Source of the DNA: Pseudanabaenaceae cyanobacterium
GTDB taxonomy: Bacteria; Cyanobacteriota; Cyanobacteriia; Pseudanabaenales; Pseudanabaenaceae
NCBI GenBank assembly: GCA_044358815.1
Contig: JBIKNH010000012.1
Coordinates: 1 to 38,182, forward strand
Length of the DNA: 38,182 bases
Direction of reading: 5' to 3'
Made by a program: the position numbers and the translations under genes. The stretch's first letter is position 1; each line of letters starts with the position of its first letter. The notes under the pieces were generated by a model, which did not search any database, was not told the DNA's origin, and saw only the letters and a list, made by a program, of their open reading frames with translations. Below, piece by piece: positions 36,981 to 38,182 of the stretch.

Positions 36981-38182
36981 TTATGTCTGCTCACCTAAGC
37001 TCTCAGCAACCGCTAACCCATTTTTGATGCAATCCCCCAAAGCCACGCCACCAATGAAATTGCCGCAGACCTTCAACCCCTGATAACGGGACAAATCCGC
37101 AGTAATGGTAGCCAATCGCTGACTATGACCCAAACTATATTGGGGAATTGCTTTTTGCCACAGGTGCAATGCGACCACTTTCGGCTGGGGTGCATCTGGT
37201 TTGAGTAAAGTCTGGCGCAAATCCTGATCCACAGCGGCAACAATTTCTGATTCTGCCATCGTGCCAATTGCCGGATCCGTTGTGCCACCAATGAAGTTCA
37301 ATAATAAATTCCATCCTTCAGGAGCGCGATTTGGGAAGAGCGTCGATGCCCAAATTGTGCCTAAAGTGCGAACTCCCTGACCACGAGGAATTAAATTCCC
37401 AAATCCATTCAGAGCAACCTTGAAGTGATTTTTTGGATAGGCAAGAACCACGCAAGCCACCGGAGGATAGGGAATCTCGCTGAGGGCTTGACTGGCTTGG
37501 GGTGCAAGATTCTCTAATAATTTGGCTGTAACGTAAGCTGGCGTGGTGAGAACTAAATTCCGACTGTAGAGAGTCTTTGCGCCATCAGTTGTATGAAAAG
37601 TTGTGGCATAGCCGCCCTCAGCCAAGGGTTGAATCTGCTCTAATTGCCATTGTAAATGAATTTGATGCCCTGATTCTTGCAGTTTATGGGCAATCGCTTC
37701 CGGTAACATCTGAATCCCTTTAGGAAAGGAACCGAGTTGACCAGGTTTCACTTTGGGTAAATTGGGATTCTTGGCTGGAGCGGCAGTTTTTTTAGCTTGT
37801 TTACGGAACAGAATCGCCCCAGCTAATAAACCACCATAGTTCTTTTCGAGATTTACAATCCGCCCAAATGCTGACTGGGCACTGAGTTGACTGGGATCGC
37901 CAGCATAGACCCCTGATACAAATGGTGATACAAGACGCTCCAATGCCTCGGAACCTAGTTGACGACGGAAAAACTGCGCCACCGACTCTTCTCCCGCCAT
38001 TGCAGGTTTAGCAAATCCCATTGCACCTAAAGCAAGGCGAATTTTACCACCCCAACTCAGAAGTTTAGTAGCAATGGCACTGGGGGGACTCATGGGAATC
38101 GCTTGTAATTGCCGATTCCAATATACAAAACGCGGTAATTTCCGATCGGCGAGGAGCAATTGAGAACCCAAACCGACTTCTG
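36981..38182 (-). CDS. hemY: protoporphyrinogen oxidase (HemY/PPOX family), C-terminal ~400 aa; N-terminus lies beyond the window end
   Basis: FFRRQLGSEALERLVSPFVSGVYAGDPSQLSAQSAFGRIVNLEKNYGG and the C-terminal KVCGNFIGGVALGDCIKNG match conserved PPOX blocks. The ORF remains open at the window edge. Confidence 0.75.
   Translation of the reverse strand, partial: EVGLGSQLLLADRKLPRFVYWNRQLQAIPMSPPSAIATKLLSWGGKIRLALGAMGFAKPAMAGEESVAQFFRRQLGSEALERLVSPFVSGVYAGDPSQLSAQSAFGRIVNLEKNYGGLLAGAILFRKQAKKTAAPAKNPNLPKVKPGQLGSFPKGIQMLPEAIAHKLQESGHQIHLQWQLEQIQPLAEGGYATTFHTTDGAKTLYSRNLVLTTPAYVTAKLLENLAPQASQALSEIPYPPVACVVLAYPKNHFKVALNGFGNLIPRGQGVRTLGTIWASTLFPNRAPEGWNLLLNFIGGTTDPAIGTMAESEIVAAVDQDLRQTLLKPDAPQPKVVALHLWQKAIPQYSLGHSQRLATITADLSRYQGLKVCGNFIGGVALGDCIKNGLAVAESLGEQT

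Overview
This 38.2-kb window looks like a chromosomal segment from a cyanobacterium; that taxon call is an inference from gene content (Psb32/TLP18.3-type TPM protein, DevB-like adaptor, very large multi-PAS/GAF/CBS sensor proteins). Most of it is ordinary housekeeping and signalling genes at about 45-53% GC: gpsA, an ABC-2 (Wzm-type) permease, argB, rbgA, purL, folP, an aldo-keto reductase, ridA, secG, a DevB/HlyD-type adaptor, a flotillin-like SPFH protein and a partial protoporphyrinogen oxidase. A block at 12.9-24.8 kb encodes three large signal-transduction proteins: a 1252-aa PAS-GGDEF-EAL protein, a 2078-aa CBS/GAF/PAS hybrid histidine kinase, and an overlapping receiver-kinase. 

The stand-out locus is a strongly AT-rich insertion of about 2.9 kb at 7264-10173 (roughly 27-35% GC against about 50% in the flanks), between the TPM gene and purL. 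It carries a compact minus-strand operon of three genes that overlap by 8 and 26 nt. The first encodes a 401-aa P-loop NTPase with a STAND/NACHT-like Walker A (GGIGAGKTT) and Walker B (VFLFDGLDR). The other two encode proteins of 198 and 195 aa with no recognisable family. I read this as a candidate horizontally acquired defence or abortive-infection module of a type I do not recognise. 

Other points: a tyrosine-recombinase C-terminal remnant at the window start; a 12-bp x8 tandem array immediately upstream of the GGDEF-EAL gene; a decaying 13-bp tandem array after the receiver-kinase; a duplicated ~105-bp element in the leader of the giant kinase; and a window-wide habit of 9-15-bp tandem duplications in both coding and non-coding DNA. 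No rRNA, tRNA or CRISPR array was seen.
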